Source: a virus
Direction: 5' to 3' (one strand)
Virus record (IMG/VR): IMGVR_UViG_3300035661_000025
Location: 1 to 64,000 of that record
Length of the DNA: 64,000 nt
Part shown: piece after piece, positions 9,896 to 20,430 of the stretch
Numbering within the stretch: position 1 is the first letter of the stretch
Layout of the letters: the number at the start of each line of letters is the position of its first letter
The notes under the pieces: generated by a model
What the model was told of the DNA's origin: nothing
The model's input: the letters and a program-made list of their open reading frames with translations, nothing else
Databases searched by the model: none
Made by a program: the position numbers and the translations under genes

Positions 9896-10423
9896 ATGAA
9901 AACATTTGAAGAGTATATGATTTTGGAAGAAATCCTAAAGATAGGGAACGCCGAAGATTATCGAAAATCTGGAGTTGATAAAAGAGATGATTTAACTAAA
10001 GACATTCATGATAAAGATATCAATGACACTAAAGATTCTTTAGAAAGTTATCGGGTGGGTGTAGTAAATGGTATCACTATATTTAAATCCATCCACGCTC
10101 ATGAAATTAGAGATGGTGAAGGATTACCTAGAGATTATGGATTGACTGATGAAGATGTGCTGAAAATTTTTGAAAAATTATTTTTAAAACCAGCTTATAA
10201 TCCAAAAAACAAAACCATGGTTGCTTATAAAAATCATAAAGGTAAATTTGATTTGATGGTTATCTCTCCATTAGAATACAAATACATAAAAATCATAACT
10301 ATCATACAAGGTAATAAAAATCGTAGCTATGATTATTTTACACAATCTCATCTTAAAGACCAGAAAGCCATTATAGAAAGCTCCGATTTAAATGGAGTTC
10401 AAGATTTTTTAATTATAGAATAA
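9896..10423 (+). CDS. Late hypothetical protein, capsid-targeting-like N-terminus
   Basis: MKTFEEYMILEE. Confidence 0.55.
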   Translation: MKTFEEYMILEEILKIGNAEDYRKSGVDKRDDLTKDIHDKDINDTKDSLESYRVGVVNGITIFKSIHAHEIRDGEGLPRDYGLTDEDVLKIFEKLFLKPAYNPKNKTMVAYKNHKGKFDLMVISPLEYKYIKIITIIQGNKNRSYDYFTQSHLKDQKAIIESSDLNGVQDFLIIE

Positions 10424-10429
10424 AGGAAA

Positions 10430-10588
10430 ATGATGAAAATCCAATACATTGGAAATGATGCTTACGAAATAACATCTTATGATAATCAAACGATAACTCT
10501 TACTAAAGATGAATTTTACGAATGCGTTCAGACAATAAATGAGTTAGAACAAGCATATATAAACAGCATTATGAATCGAAAGGTTTAA
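10430..10588 (+). CDS. Small hypothetical protein (52 aa, not in ORF track)
   Basis: AAGGA RBS; fills the gap exactly; MMKIQYIGND... Confidence 0.55.
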   Translation: MMKIQYIGNDAYEITSYDNQTITLTKDEFYECVQTINELEQAYINSIMNRKV

Positions 10589-11083
10589 ATGCAAAATAAA
10601 CACCATATACGAATGAAACAAGCTATAGAAACTGCTAAAAATTCTAAATGTATGTCAAGACATGTTGGGGCTTTGATTGTAGTTGAAGATAGAATAGTAT
10701 CAGAAGGATACAATGGTACTCCTAAAGGTTATGTAAACTGTAATGTCAAATGGAATAACATATGGCATGCTGACCATCATGAATGGTCAAAAACTCATGA
10801 AATACATGCAGAAATGAATGCAATTAATTGGGCAGCCAGAAAAGGTATCAAAATTGAAGATGGGGTTATGTATTGTACTACTAAGCCTTGTTTAGAATGT
10901 ACTAAAAATATTATAGCTGTTGGAATTAAAGCGGTTTATTGGTTGACTAAATATGAATATAATGAAGATCATATTTTGGATTCTTTTTTCAAGGAAAATA
11001 ATGTAATTTGTGAGCAAGTATTTTTACCAGAAGATTCTGATTATAGTATGATTTACGGCAATAAAGGAATTAAAGTAAAATGA
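10589..11083 (+). CDS. dCMP deaminase
   Basis: HAEMNAI, PCLEC, GYNGTP. Confidence 0.92.
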   Translation: MQNKHHIRMKQAIETAKNSKCMSRHVGALIVVEDRIVSEGYNGTPKGYVNCNVKWNNIWHADHHEWSKTHEIHAEMNAINWAARKGIKIEDGVMYCTTKPCLECTKNIIAVGIKAVYWLTKYEYNEDHILDSFFKENNVICEQVFLPEDSDYSMIYGNKGIKVK

Positions 11084-11301
11084 GAAGAATCATAACTGAA
11101 GTTCGATATGTAGAATATTATGACATTCCGGATGAAATAACAGATGATGGGATAATTGATTACATAAAAGACAAAAGTAGTAAAATTCAGATAAAATCAT
11201 CAATTAATATATTAAAAGCATCTTCTATAGAAGAGGATAACTTTATTGAATTGCCTGAAGATATTTTGTTTGATTTAGATAATGGTATTAATGATTATTA
11301 A
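11080..11301 (+). CDS. Hypothetical protein
   Basis: Start/stop overlap with upstream gene. Confidence 0.5.
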   Translation: MRRIITEVRYVEYYDIPDEITDDGIIDYIKDKSSKIQIKSSINILKASSIEEDNFIELPEDILFDLDNGINDY

Positions 11302-11359
11302 TAATCTATTCTTAAGATATTTGATGATATAATTAAATATAAAGAAAAGAAGGATACAC

Positions 11360-11665
11360 ATGAAAAAAATTACTGTTATGTTGTTCATAGCTGTTACTCT
11401 AAATGCTGGATGGTTTGGTAATAATGTAGAGAATTCTCTAGAAAATGTTAAAAAATTTCAATGCAAAAAACTAGAAGAAAGTATCCGAAATGATCTTAAC
11501 TTGCTACAAACTGAAAACTCTAAAGATGTGTATTCAAATGCTTTGTTTCGAGTTGAAAAAAACATTCCAATTATGGGAATGAAATGCGACAAAGATTATT
11601 CTGATTTACAACCATTGATTCGAGATATTCGTGATATGGTTTCAAGAACTACGGTTGAGCAATGA
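11360..11665 (+). CDS. Secreted hypothetical protein
   Basis: Signal peptide ending LNA; promoter at 11325. Confidence 0.55.
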   Translation: MKKITVMLFIAVTLNAGWFGNNVENSLENVKKFQCKKLEESIRNDLNLLQTENSKDVYSNALFRVEKNIPIMGMKCDKDYSDLQPLIRDIRDMVSRTTVEQ

Positions 11666-12132
11666 GATTCATAGATCAAAATCTCATTGAAAATGAGTCT
11701 ATAATTTATAACTCAAGAGTTCATTATTTTGTATATGAAGAATCTTTGTTATGGGGTTTAACATTTTTACTTATAGTTACCTTGAGTTTGATTTATAGTA
11801 ATGCATTAATTTATTTAGGAATGATGTTTTCATTTATAGCAGCTATTTATGCTTTTGTAGATGCGTTTATTCAAAGACATTTTACCGAAATATCAATAAC
11901 AAACCAGAGATTGATTGTAAAACGAGGTTTGATAAAAAGAGATGTTTTTGAAATTCCGTTAAATCGAATTGAAAGCGTTAATATAAATCAAAATATAATT
12001 GGACGCTTTTTAGATTACGGCTCTATCGATGTAAAAGGTGTTGGGACCGGTCTGGATAATTTATCTATGATTGACAAACCATTTTTTCTCAGAAAAGTTC
12101 TGTATAATAATATATCATCAAGCTTAATTTAA
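11662..12132 (+). CDS. Membrane protein with bacterial PH (bPH_2) domain
   Basis: 2 TM, then ITNQRLIVKRGLI...IPLNRIESV...GRFLDYGSI. Confidence 0.8.
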   Translation: MRFIDQNLIENESIIYNSRVHYFVYEESLLWGLTFLLIVTLSLIYSNALIYLGMMFSFIAAIYAFVDAFIQRHFTEISITNQRLIVKRGLIKRDVFEIPLNRIESVNINQNIIGRFLDYGSIDVKGVGTGLDNLSMIDKPFFLRKVLYNNISSSLI

Positions 12133-12178
12133 GAATTATATGATATAATTATTGTATCAAAAGTAAGAAGGATAAAAA

Positions 12179-12295
12179 ATGAGAGACCAAAACATCAAAT
12201 TGAGTTTAAGCCGTGAAATTAACATGAGACAGCGTTCAGTTCGTGACAGAACTAAATATTCAAGAAAAGAAAAACATTCAAAAGGTTGGAATTAA
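12179..12295 (+). CDS. 38-aa basic peptide, ArfA-like (not in ORF track)
   Basis: Promoter at 12141 plus AAGGA RBS; MRDQNIKLSLSREINMRQRSVRDRTKYSRKEKHSKGWN. Confidence 0.6.
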   Translation: MRDQNIKLSLSREINMRQRSVRDRTKYSRKEKHSKGWN

Positions 12296-12297
12296 AA

Positions 12298-12528
12298 ATG
12301 TGTTGGGATGATAACAAATCAGTAATTCGTGAGTATTTTTTACATACATTTGGATTGAATGCCAAAATTAGTGAAAACACTTTAGATGTGTATGGAAATC
12401 AAGAAGATCTTAATGAGCTGGTTGATTTCTTAGAAGAAAATGAATTGATTTATGAACATGACGGCGAATCGATTGTAATTGACTTGGATGAAGAAATGGA
12501 ATTTTGGGAATCTGAATTTCTTAATTAG
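12298..12528 (+). CDS. Acidic hypothetical protein
   Basis: ATG immediately after upstream stop; D/E-rich. Confidence 0.55.
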   Translation: MCWDDNKSVIREYFLHTFGLNAKISENTLDVYGNQEDLNELVDFLEENELIYEHDGESIVIDLDEEMEFWESEFLN

Positions 12529-12578
12529 TTTTTAATGTTCTTCTTGTTATAATTATACATAAACAAGAAGGATAATTT

Positions 12579-12938
12579 ATGAAAGTCGTATTTTTCAAAG
12601 GTAATCCAAATTACGGTCAGATAAAAAATGCAAAAATGACCAAACAAATTCTCCAAACTCTCCTATTAAAAACTAATGACATTACTGTTATTAGTTCTTC
12701 AAATCCTAATATAGAAATTCCAAATGCAGAAGTTTATGTAGGTTTTTCTAGAGGGTCTAGATATCTTAAAAAATGCGATGGAATAAAAATTTCTATTGGT
12801 GGCATATCAGGATCTGATATAAAATATATAAAAAACAAAAAAGATAATGTCAAACAAGGTAATTTATCCGAAGAATCTATAAATGCTCATTTTAATTTTG
12901 ATGATTCAATGAAGCTTCAATTATTAAATTCATTTTAA
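12579..12938 (+). CDS. Small alpha/beta-hydrolase-like protein
   Basis: VGFSRG nucleophile-elbow-like motif, C-terminal His. Confidence 0.4.
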   Translation: MKVVFFKGNPNYGQIKNAKMTKQILQTLLLKTNDITVISSSNPNIEIPNAEVYVGFSRGSRYLKKCDGIKISIGGISGSDIKYIKNKKDNVKQGNLSEESINAHFNFDDSMKLQLLNSF

Positions 12939-12982
12939 GAAACTTATGATATAATTATTGTATAAAAAGAAAAGGTTTACAA

Positions 12983-13435
12983 ATGAAACTGAATAAAATT
13001 TGTTCAACAGTGTTTTTGAAGACGTTATTTTGGAAACAAAATCATCATCATAGACACGGAGTGTTTTTGCACACGATAAAGGTTGCTTTCTATGCAATTA
13101 AACACGGTGATTACAAATTTATTGTTCCTGCATTGTTGCATGATATTGGAAAACCTTTCAGTGCATATCAAGATGAAAAAGATAAACTCAGAGGAACATA
13201 TTCATTCACAAACCATGAAGAATTAAGTTGGTATATTATCAAAGATTGGAAGTTAATTTCAGATTGGACCAAAGATATGGTTCGGTACCATTACTTAATT
13301 CGAGATATGCATTTATCAAAAAAGAATGGTAAATTTGCTAGATATAATCGAATTCATAAACGTTGGAATAAGTTATCAGATGAAATGAAAGCCGAATTAG
13401 GTCGGTTTTTAAAATATGATGATCTCGCTAAATAA
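12983..13435 (+). CDS. HD-domain phosphohydrolase
   Basis: H...ALLHDIGK...H...H...D. Confidence 0.85.
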   Translation: MKLNKICSTVFLKTLFWKQNHHHRHGVFLHTIKVAFYAIKHGDYKFIVPALLHDIGKPFSAYQDEKDKLRGTYSFTNHEELSWYIIKDWKLISDWTKDMVRYHYLIRDMHLSKKNGKFARYNRIHKRWNKLSDEMKAELGRFLKYDDLAK

Positions 13436-13458
13436 ATAAAATAAAAGTGGAGACTCGT

Positions 13459-13740
13459 ATGACCTTTAAAAAATTAATAGAAAGTGATTATGAAATATAT
13501 CATAATTCTTACTCTAGCGCTATTTCCGAAGTGGTTAGATTTATTGAGAAAAATGGATTTAGTTATAATGAAGATGACTTTTTCAATGATATAACTACTG
13601 GTCCTAAAAAACCTTCAGAGGGTAAAACTAATAAATTTCACTTACAATTGTTTAAAAATGGCGAGCCCACGAAAAAATATTTACATATTCAAATTTACGG
13701 AATGAAAAATAAGTACGAACTGAATATGTATATTAAGTGA
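13459..13740 (+). CDS. Late hypothetical protein, capsid-targeting-like N-terminus
   Basis: AATAAATA at 13431; MTFKKLIE; GPKKPSEGKTN...YELNMY. Confidence 0.6.
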   Translation: MTFKKLIESDYEIYHNSYSSAISEVVRFIEKNGFSYNEDDFFNDITTGPKKPSEGKTNKFHLQLFKNGEPTKKYLHIQIYGMKNKYELNMYIK

Positions 13741-13746
13741 GTTAAT

Positions 13747-14574
13747 ATGAATATCTTTAAAGATTTTGTTTTAGGTTTAAATGAAGTTCTTATAACTTTA
13801 GGTAAACAGCCATATCCTTTATTTGGGAATGTAGTAATATTAGCAGGTGGAGCTGCTTCTGGAAAAGGATTTGTCAAAAATAAGCTTTTAGCTATTGAAG
13901 GAATTAATTGCGATGTAGATGCTATAAAAGAATTAGCTCTTAAATCCCAGTTAATAAAACAACGAGCTAAGACAGAATATGGTTTAGATTTATCCTCGTT
14001 CAATTTAAAAAACCCAGATAATGTAAGCACTCTTCATTCATTAATGGTTAATATGAAAGTTTTGGACAAACGTAAATTAACTACATATATGAGCATTTTA
14101 GCATCTGATCCAGAAAGAAAACCCAATATTATTTTTGATGTTACATTGAAAGATATAACTAAACTCAACAATCTAACTACAGATTTATCTAGATTGGGTT
14201 ATGACAAAAGTAAAATTCACATTGTATGGGTAGTAAATGATGTAAAATTAGCTGCAATTCAAAATAAAGAAAGAGATAGAGTAGTATCTGATGATATTCT
14301 TTTAGATACACACGAAGGTGTAGCACTAACTATGAAGAAAATCATAGATATGGGGGATAAACTCAAATCATATATGGATGGCTCTATAGTTCTTGCATTC
14401 AACAAAAGAGGTGAAGACACTGATGTTGAAAAATCTAAGAATGGTGGAATGTTCGTTAAAGGGTTTAACTACGTTGTAATTAAAGAGCCTGGGAAGCCAG
14501 TTAATCTTTCTAAAATAACCGATGAGATTTTAGCGAAGATTAAAGAATACACACCAAAAATTAATACTTGGTAA
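13747..14574 (+). CDS. P-loop NTPase/kinase (zeta-toxin-like fold) with capsid-targeting-like N-terminus
   Basis: LAGGAASGKGF, IIFDVT, NKERDR; MNIFKDFVLGLNE. Confidence 0.65.
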   Translation: MNIFKDFVLGLNEVLITLGKQPYPLFGNVVILAGGAASGKGFVKNKLLAIEGINCDVDAIKELALKSQLIKQRAKTEYGLDLSSFNLKNPDNVSTLHSLMVNMKVLDKRKLTTYMSILASDPERKPNIIFDVTLKDITKLNNLTTDLSRLGYDKSKIHIVWVVNDVKLAAIQNKERDRVVSDDILLDTHEGVALTMKKIIDMGDKLKSYMDGSIVLAFNKRGEDTDVEKSKNGGMFVKGFNYVVIKEPGKPVNLSKITDEILAKIKEYTPKINTW

Positions 14575-14631
14575 ATTAAACATATTTTAATTAAAATTAT
14601 GATATAATATACAAAATATTAAAGGATTAAT

Positions 14632-15972
14632 TTGTTAATAAACGATTTTTTGAATACCGATTATAAAGACTATGCCTTATACACAATTGAAAATAGGGCG
14701 ATACCATCAGTTATTGATGGATTGAAACCTGTACAAAGAAAAATATTAGCCTGTTCTATTAAATTATGGAAGGGTGTTCCTGGTGAAAAAACCAAGAAAA
14801 TTTTCCAATTAGCAGGTTCTACAGCTGCGGATTTTAAATATCATCACGGTGACGCTTCGTTACAAGACGCTATCGTTGGTATGGCTCAAACATTTAAAAA
14901 CAATCTACCATTATTCGATAGAGAAGGACAATTTGGTTCTTTGCGTTCTACAGAAGCTGGGGCTCCCCGATATATTGGAGTAAAATTAAATCAAAATTTT
15001 AGTAAATTGTTCAAAGACAAAAATCTTTTGACTATCAAGAAAGAAGATGATGATTATATTGAACCAAAATATTTCTTGCCTATTATTCCTATGGTATTGC
15101 TTAATGGAACCAAAGGTATTGCCGTGGGGTTTGCCACTAGCATAAGCAATCGAGACCCTAAAGAAGTTACTCAGGCATGTATTGATGTTTTAGATGGAAA
15201 AGAAATTGGCCGATTAAAACCAAAGATTGAAGAGTTTTCTGGAACATTTGAGTTAGATTTGACTGAAAAAGGTAATGGTCGTAGATGGATAGCTAAAGGA
15301 CTTTATGAGCTTGTAAATTCAACTACAGTGAAAATAACGGAATTAGCTCCTAGCATAACATATGAAAAATATAAAAAAATGTTAGATGCATTAGTGGCAG
15401 ATAAAACTATTGTTTCATATGAAGATAAATGTTCAGCTAATATCCATTACGTCATTAAATTCACTAAAGAAAATCTTGCAAAGCTTATTGAAAAAAATAA
15501 ACTAACTTCAGTTTTAGGACTCGAGGAAACAATATCAGATAACATTAACACTTTAGATGAAAATGGAGAGCTTCTTTATTTTGATAATGAAGTAGATGTT
15601 ATAAAATATTTTGTTAATTTTCGTTTAAGTTATTATGTAAAACGAAAAAGTGTAACTCTTAGTGATTTATTAAATGATATGAAGATTGAAGGCTCTAAAT
15701 ATAAATTTGTAAAATCAGTAGTGGATGAAGTTATTGAGATTAGAAATATCAAAAAACCTGATCTTATTGCATTTTTTGATTCTCAAAAATATTATAACCA
15801 AGATGGTTATGATTACTTGTTACGAATGCCAATTCATTCTCTGACTGAGGAAACTATTGAAAAACTCAAAGAAGAAATTAAAAAATTAAAAGCTGAATAT
15901 GATTACATTGAAAAGAAAACTCCAGAGGATATGTATCGAGAAGATCTTCAAAATTTATTAAAAGAACTCTAA
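14632..15972 (+). CDS. Type IIA topoisomerase medium subunit (gp52)
   Basis: RAIPSVIDGLKPVQRK, YHHGD, APRY catalytic Tyr. Confidence 0.95.
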   Translation: MLINDFLNTDYKDYALYTIENRAIPSVIDGLKPVQRKILACSIKLWKGVPGEKTKKIFQLAGSTAADFKYHHGDASLQDAIVGMAQTFKNNLPLFDREGQFGSLRSTEAGAPRYIGVKLNQNFSKLFKDKNLLTIKKEDDDYIEPKYFLPIIPMVLLNGTKGIAVGFATSISNRDPKEVTQACIDVLDGKEIGRLKPKIEEFSGTFELDLTEKGNGRRWIAKGLYELVNSTTVKITELAPSITYEKYKKMLDALVADKTIVSYEDKCSANIHYVIKFTKENLAKLIEKNKLTSVLGLEETISDNINTLDENGELLYFDNEVDVIKYFVNFRLSYYVKRKSVTLSDLLNDMKIEGSKYKFVKSVVDEVIEIRNIKKPDLIAFFDSQKYYNQDGYDYLLRMPIHSLTEETIEKLKEEIKKLKAEYDYIEKKTPEDMYREDLQNLLKEL

Positions 15973-16013
15973 GCAAAAATATGTTATAATATAGTGAATA
16001 AGAAAGGAGTACA

Positions 16014-18650
16014 ATGCTCAATTATGAAAATGTCTTTATGTCTAAATTTACGCTTTATGAGCGTTTGTTTGACACAGACACAAAAGAGTCTATAATTAGA
16101 AAAGCTGATTATAAACCTGAGATTTTCACAAAATCAAAAGGAAATAGAGAAACTGGTTGGAAGTATTTTTTAGATGAGTCCATTAATTTAGAAAAACATT
16201 CTTTTGATGATGAAAGAGAATATAAAGATTTTTTAAAATTTCAAGAACAAATAGGCGCTACAACATACGGACAAATTCAAGCTCCGTATTCACACATCCG
16301 AAATAATTATTATAAAAACAAAACAGATTTCAAATCTAGAATTTGGTACTTTGACATTGAAACTAGAGTTCTACCAAATCAAGGATTTCCATATCCAGAT
16401 GAAACACCTTCAGCTATAAGCATGTTTCAGATTTATGATAACTTTTTGAATAAAATCATAATATTAGCTGATAAAAATATTTCTCCAGAGAAGAAAAATG
16501 AATTGATGGCTAAACATAAAAATTTAGTGTTTAGATCATTTAATACAGAAGAAGCTTTATTCAATGCTTTTTTTCAAATGATACACAATTTAAAACCATG
16601 TATTATTACTGCTTGGAATGGAAATAATTTCGACTTTCCTTATATCACTAATAGAGCGAAAAAGATAGGATTGCATGAAGGCAATTTGAGTCTAGTTAAT
16701 AATGCATCTACCAGAGTTAGTATCAATAAAGTAACTAATGAAAAAGAATATAGTACAAATTGGGATGGAATATATCTTTTAGATATGATGGAACTTTATA
16801 AAAAGTTCACATACATCACTCAAATATCATATTCATTGGAAAATGTAACTCAAGTTGAATTGGGTGTGGGTAAAGTAGATTACGGCAATTTTAAAAACAT
16901 TTCAGATTTTATGCATGGAGATTGGGATAAGTTTGTAGAATACGGTATTCAAGACGTTGTTCTTTTAGATCAATTGGATAAAAAATTGAACTTAGTAGAA
17001 CTTACTAGAATGATTGCATATAAAATGGGTGTTAATGTTGATGATGCTTTAGGGACAGTTAAACCTTGGGCTACATATTTAACTAACATTGGATATGACC
17101 GTGGTTTGATTATGCCTAACAAAAATGAATCAGATTATACAGGTATTGCCGGAGGTTGGGTAGCTAATCCTAAAAAAGGTAAACATGAATGGATTGTTTC
17201 TTTTGACTTCTCTTCTTTGTATCCAAGTACAATGAGATGGAATAACATGAGCCCTGAAACAATTTTAAGAGATGAAGAGCTAACTACAGATTTACGTTTA
17301 TTGAAAGAAAAAATTTATTACTTGGAAGATCCAGGAGATGGTTTAGAAAATGACCCATGGTCTAAAAATGAACGGTTCATTAACTTATATACAACTAAAG
17401 CAGATATATTACATAAAGCAGCAAAAGCTTTAGCTAAAAATGATGTATCTTGTGGAGTTAATGGTGTGTTTTTTAGAAAACACAAATTGGGAATTATTCC
17501 TGAATTGATTAAACAAATTTATGGCGGAAGAAAAGAAGCTAAGAAAAAAATGTTTGTTCATCAAAAAAACATTCAAGATTTTAAAGAGTTCGGAAAGTAT
17601 GATGAAATTACTGAACAAGAAAGATTAGTTTCTTTTTATGACACAGAACAAATGGCTCTAAAAATCTTGATGAACAGTCTTTATGGAGCCATGGCAAATA
17701 AACACTTTATGTTGTTCAATCAAGGACTTGCTGAAGCTATTACTGCAAACGGTAGAATGATTAATCAATTTTGTTCTCTTAAAATTGAAGAATATATGAA
17801 AGAATACACTGGAAAACCAGCAATGATTTATGGAGATACTGACTCGTGTTACATAACATTAAAACACGCTATTCCAGTTGAATTGCTTAAAGAAAATGAT
17901 AAATCTAAAATAACAGATTGGTGTAATGATTTTTGTTCTAATGAATTGCAAAAAGTTATAGACAATGCTTTGAGTGAAGTTTCAACATTAGTTAATGCAT
18001 ATGAACCTGAAGCACAAGCGGAGGATCGAGAAATTATTGCAGATTCTGGTTTTTGGGTAGCTAAGAAAAAATATGCTTGTAGAGTTTTGGATACAGAGGG
18101 TGTAAGATTAAAAGAACCTAAACTTAAAGTTATGGGTCTAGAAATCGTTAGATCAAACACACCGACATATTGTAGAAAGAAACTTAAAGAAAGTGTAGAA
18201 ATTATTTTGGATAAAGAAGAGTCCGAAGTTCAAGAATATATTTTAGATGTAAAGCATGAATTTTCCAATCAATCAATAGATATGATTTCACGTATCACTG
18301 GTGTTAGTAACCTTAATTATGAGTTAAACACAGCCAAGAGTATTCCTATAAACTCAAGAGCAGGATTGGTTCACAATGCATTAATGGATAAATTGGAATT
18401 ACAAAAAGATTATGAATATATTACGTCTTCAGATAAAATAAAGTACGTTTTTTTAAAAGTTCCTAATCCAGCATTTAATCAAAATGTAATTGGTTATAAA
18501 GATCCAAAATTTTTAGAAGATTCTGGATTGTATCAGTATATCGATAAAGATGAAATGTTTAATAAGTTTTTCTTAAGCCCTATGGATATTATGCTTAAAC
18601 CTTTGAATTGGAGCGCTTATAAGATAAATGATTTTTCAGAATGGGAATAA
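16014..18650 (+). CDS. Family B DNA polymerase (gp43)
   Basis: DIET exonuclease motif, SFDFSSLYPS, KILMNSLYG, YGDTDS, KKKY. Confidence 0.97.
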   Translation: MLNYENVFMSKFTLYERLFDTDTKESIIRKADYKPEIFTKSKGNRETGWKYFLDESINLEKHSFDDEREYKDFLKFQEQIGATTYGQIQAPYSHIRNNYYKNKTDFKSRIWYFDIETRVLPNQGFPYPDETPSAISMFQIYDNFLNKIIILADKNISPEKKNELMAKHKNLVFRSFNTEEALFNAFFQMIHNLKPCIITAWNGNNFDFPYITNRAKKIGLHEGNLSLVNNASTRVSINKVTNEKEYSTNWDGIYLLDMMELYKKFTYITQISYSLENVTQVELGVGKVDYGNFKNISDFMHGDWDKFVEYGIQDVVLLDQLDKKLNLVELTRMIAYKMGVNVDDALGTVKPWATYLTNIGYDRGLIMPNKNESDYTGIAGGWVANPKKGKHEWIVSFDFSSLYPSTMRWNNMSPETILRDEELTTDLRLLKEKIYYLEDPGDGLENDPWSKNERFINLYTTKADILHKAAKALAKNDVSCGVNGVFFRKHKLGIIPELIKQIYGGRKEAKKKMFVHQKNIQDFKEFGKYDEITEQERLVSFYDTEQMALKILMNSLYGAMANKHFMLFNQGLAEAITANGRMINQFCSLKIEEYMKEYTGKPAMIYGDTDSCYITLKHAIPVELLKENDKSKITDWCNDFCSNELQKVIDNALSEVSTLVNAYEPEAQAEDREIIADSGFWVAKKKYACRVLDTEGVRLKEPKLKVMGLEIVRSNTPTYCRKKLKESVEIILDKEESEVQEYILDVKHEFSNQSIDMISRITGVSNLNYELNTAKSIPINSRAGLVHNALMDKLELQKDYEYITSSDKIKYVFLKVPNPAFNQNVIGYKDPKFLEDSGLYQYIDKDEMFNKFFLSPMDIMLKPLNWSAYKINDFSEWE

Positions 18651-18729
18651 GTGTAAATACATAAAATATTGTTATTAACATTAAAAATAGCTTATAATTA
18701 ACAATATATTATTAATTAAGGCATAATTT

Positions 18730-19047
18730 ATGAAGATTTATTTTAACATAACAAAACTAGAAATGCATACATTCACTAAGAAAAATGATAAGGTGTTGTG
18801 TTTGGATTTTTTAGGTTCTTGGTTTTTATTCAAAAAACGAACTGTATCTGAGGGGATAACCCGAGATGCTATCTTGTATGATTACAATACTGGAGAACAA
18901 TATACCGGAGATGGTCATTACGGTGAAGTTAAAGTATTTCAATTATGTAGGGTTAATTGGAAAAACCCTATTAAATCATGGTTTTGGAATAGATATACAA
19001 TTCAATATTATATGTCTCATGAAAATTATTTAAAAATAAAGGAATAA
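18730..19047 (+). CDS. Hypothetical protein
   Basis: ORF with RBS. Confidence 0.5.
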   Translation: MKIYFNITKLEMHTFTKKNDKVLCLDFLGSWFLFKKRTVSEGITRDAILYDYNTGEQYTGDGHYGEVKVFQLCRVNWKNPIKSWFWNRYTIQYYMSHENYLKIKE

Positions 19048-19048
19048 A

Positions 19049-19849
19049 ATGGATTATAAAAAACCTAAAGTTACATTGCTTCAAGCATCTCCATTATTTG
19101 TATCAGAAATTGCAGCCAGAGTTTGTTATGATTCTTTTTCATTGTCAGAGAATAAAAACATCAAAAGTTTTTCTGAAGATGGATCTGGATTGACTGCTAT
19201 GCAAGTTGAAGATATAGAGGGAAGTGAGGTTTTAGATAAATTGACTTGGGCTTTTCAGCATGAATCAATTTTGGAGCATACTACTTTATCATTTTTTGTA
19301 GAAGATTTGTCTCGTGAAGTTTTGCAAGAAGTTGCTAGACATCGTATAGGAATGGCTATCAGTGTTAAATCAACTCGATATACAATTGAAAAATTGGTAA
19401 ATGCGGTTACAAATCATTTTGAGCTATTAGAAAATTCTAATAAATTGGCTATGACTAATGAAATTAGAGCTTCTTATGAATTAATAAGACAAATAGTAGC
19501 CGAAAATATCATAGTGTCAAATGATGCATGGATTGATATTGAGACTGATACTTTAATGAGTAAATTGGAATTGTATCACTTGGAAGAGCCTTTAGTAAAA
19601 GGATTGACTGGATCTAAAAAGAAAAAACAAAATGACCGTGTTAAACGTTGTCTTCCAGAAACTTGGACTACAAAATGTGTGCTTACATTCAATATTAGAG
19701 CTCTAAAACATTTTGTAGAACTTAGAGATTCTGGCTCAGCATATTATGGTATTAGAGAATTGGCATTAGGAATTATTTCACAAACTCCAGATAAATACAT
19801 GAGATTTATAAGAAAACCTAAAGATTTTAAGATTGTAGAAGGTCATTAA
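19049..19849 (+). CDS. thyX: FAD-dependent thymidylate synthase
   Basis: HESILEH, SREVLQEVARHR, STRY. Confidence 0.92.
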   Translation: MDYKKPKVTLLQASPLFVSEIAARVCYDSFSLSENKNIKSFSEDGSGLTAMQVEDIEGSEVLDKLTWAFQHESILEHTTLSFFVEDLSREVLQEVARHRIGMAISVKSTRYTIEKLVNAVTNHFELLENSNKLAMTNEIRASYELIRQIVAENIIVSNDAWIDIETDTLMSKLELYHLEEPLVKGLTGSKKKKQNDRVKRCLPETWTTKCVLTFNIRALKHFVELRDSGSAYYGIRELALGIISQTPDKYMRFIRKPKDFKIVEGH

Positions 19850-20392
19850 ATGAAAGTAATTGAGAAGGATTTTTTATCCTTCTATAAGGTAGCTCATTGG
19901 AATTATGGAGTGCTCATGACTCCATTCACTATTGGTTTGGGATTGATACCGGGACATTTCATGAGTGCTTTCTTTGTTTTAATTACATTATCTATGATAT
20001 TGTTATCACATTATTATGATAGAATATTAAATTCTATCTCTTATATGAAATTTGAGTTATTTTTATCATTTATAACAATATCAGCAACCACAATATTTTT
20101 ATTCTCAGATAATATAATGTATTATGCAGTATTGATTAAAATCTTCGATATATTTAAAGAATACTTAATAAGAGCAGAGAGCGCTATTTTTCAAAATTCA
20201 ATGCATGTTATCGTTAAAAAAGATTATTCAAAATTTTATATTTTGGCTGGATTATCCGCAAGCACCTTAATTTTTTGGATGTTTCCTCAAGACATCGCTA
20301 TCTTTTATTCAATTTTATTATTGATAGTTGGTGATATGATTCTTATATATTATAAAATTAAAATGTACAAAAAAGTTAATTTTAAGCAATAA
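19850..20392 (+). CDS. Multi-TM membrane protein
   Basis: 5-6 hydrophobic segments. Confidence 0.55.
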   Translation: MKVIEKDFLSFYKVAHWNYGVLMTPFTIGLGLIPGHFMSAFFVLITLSMILLSHYYDRILNSISYMKFELFLSFITISATTIFLFSDNIMYYAVLIKIFDIFKEYLIRAESAIFQNSMHVIVKKDYSKFYILAGLSASTLIFWMFPQDIAIFYSILLLIVGDMILIYYKIKMYKKVNFKQ

Positions 20393-20430
20393 TGTGTTAT
20401 AATTTAATAAGAATAGAAAGAAGGAATAAT

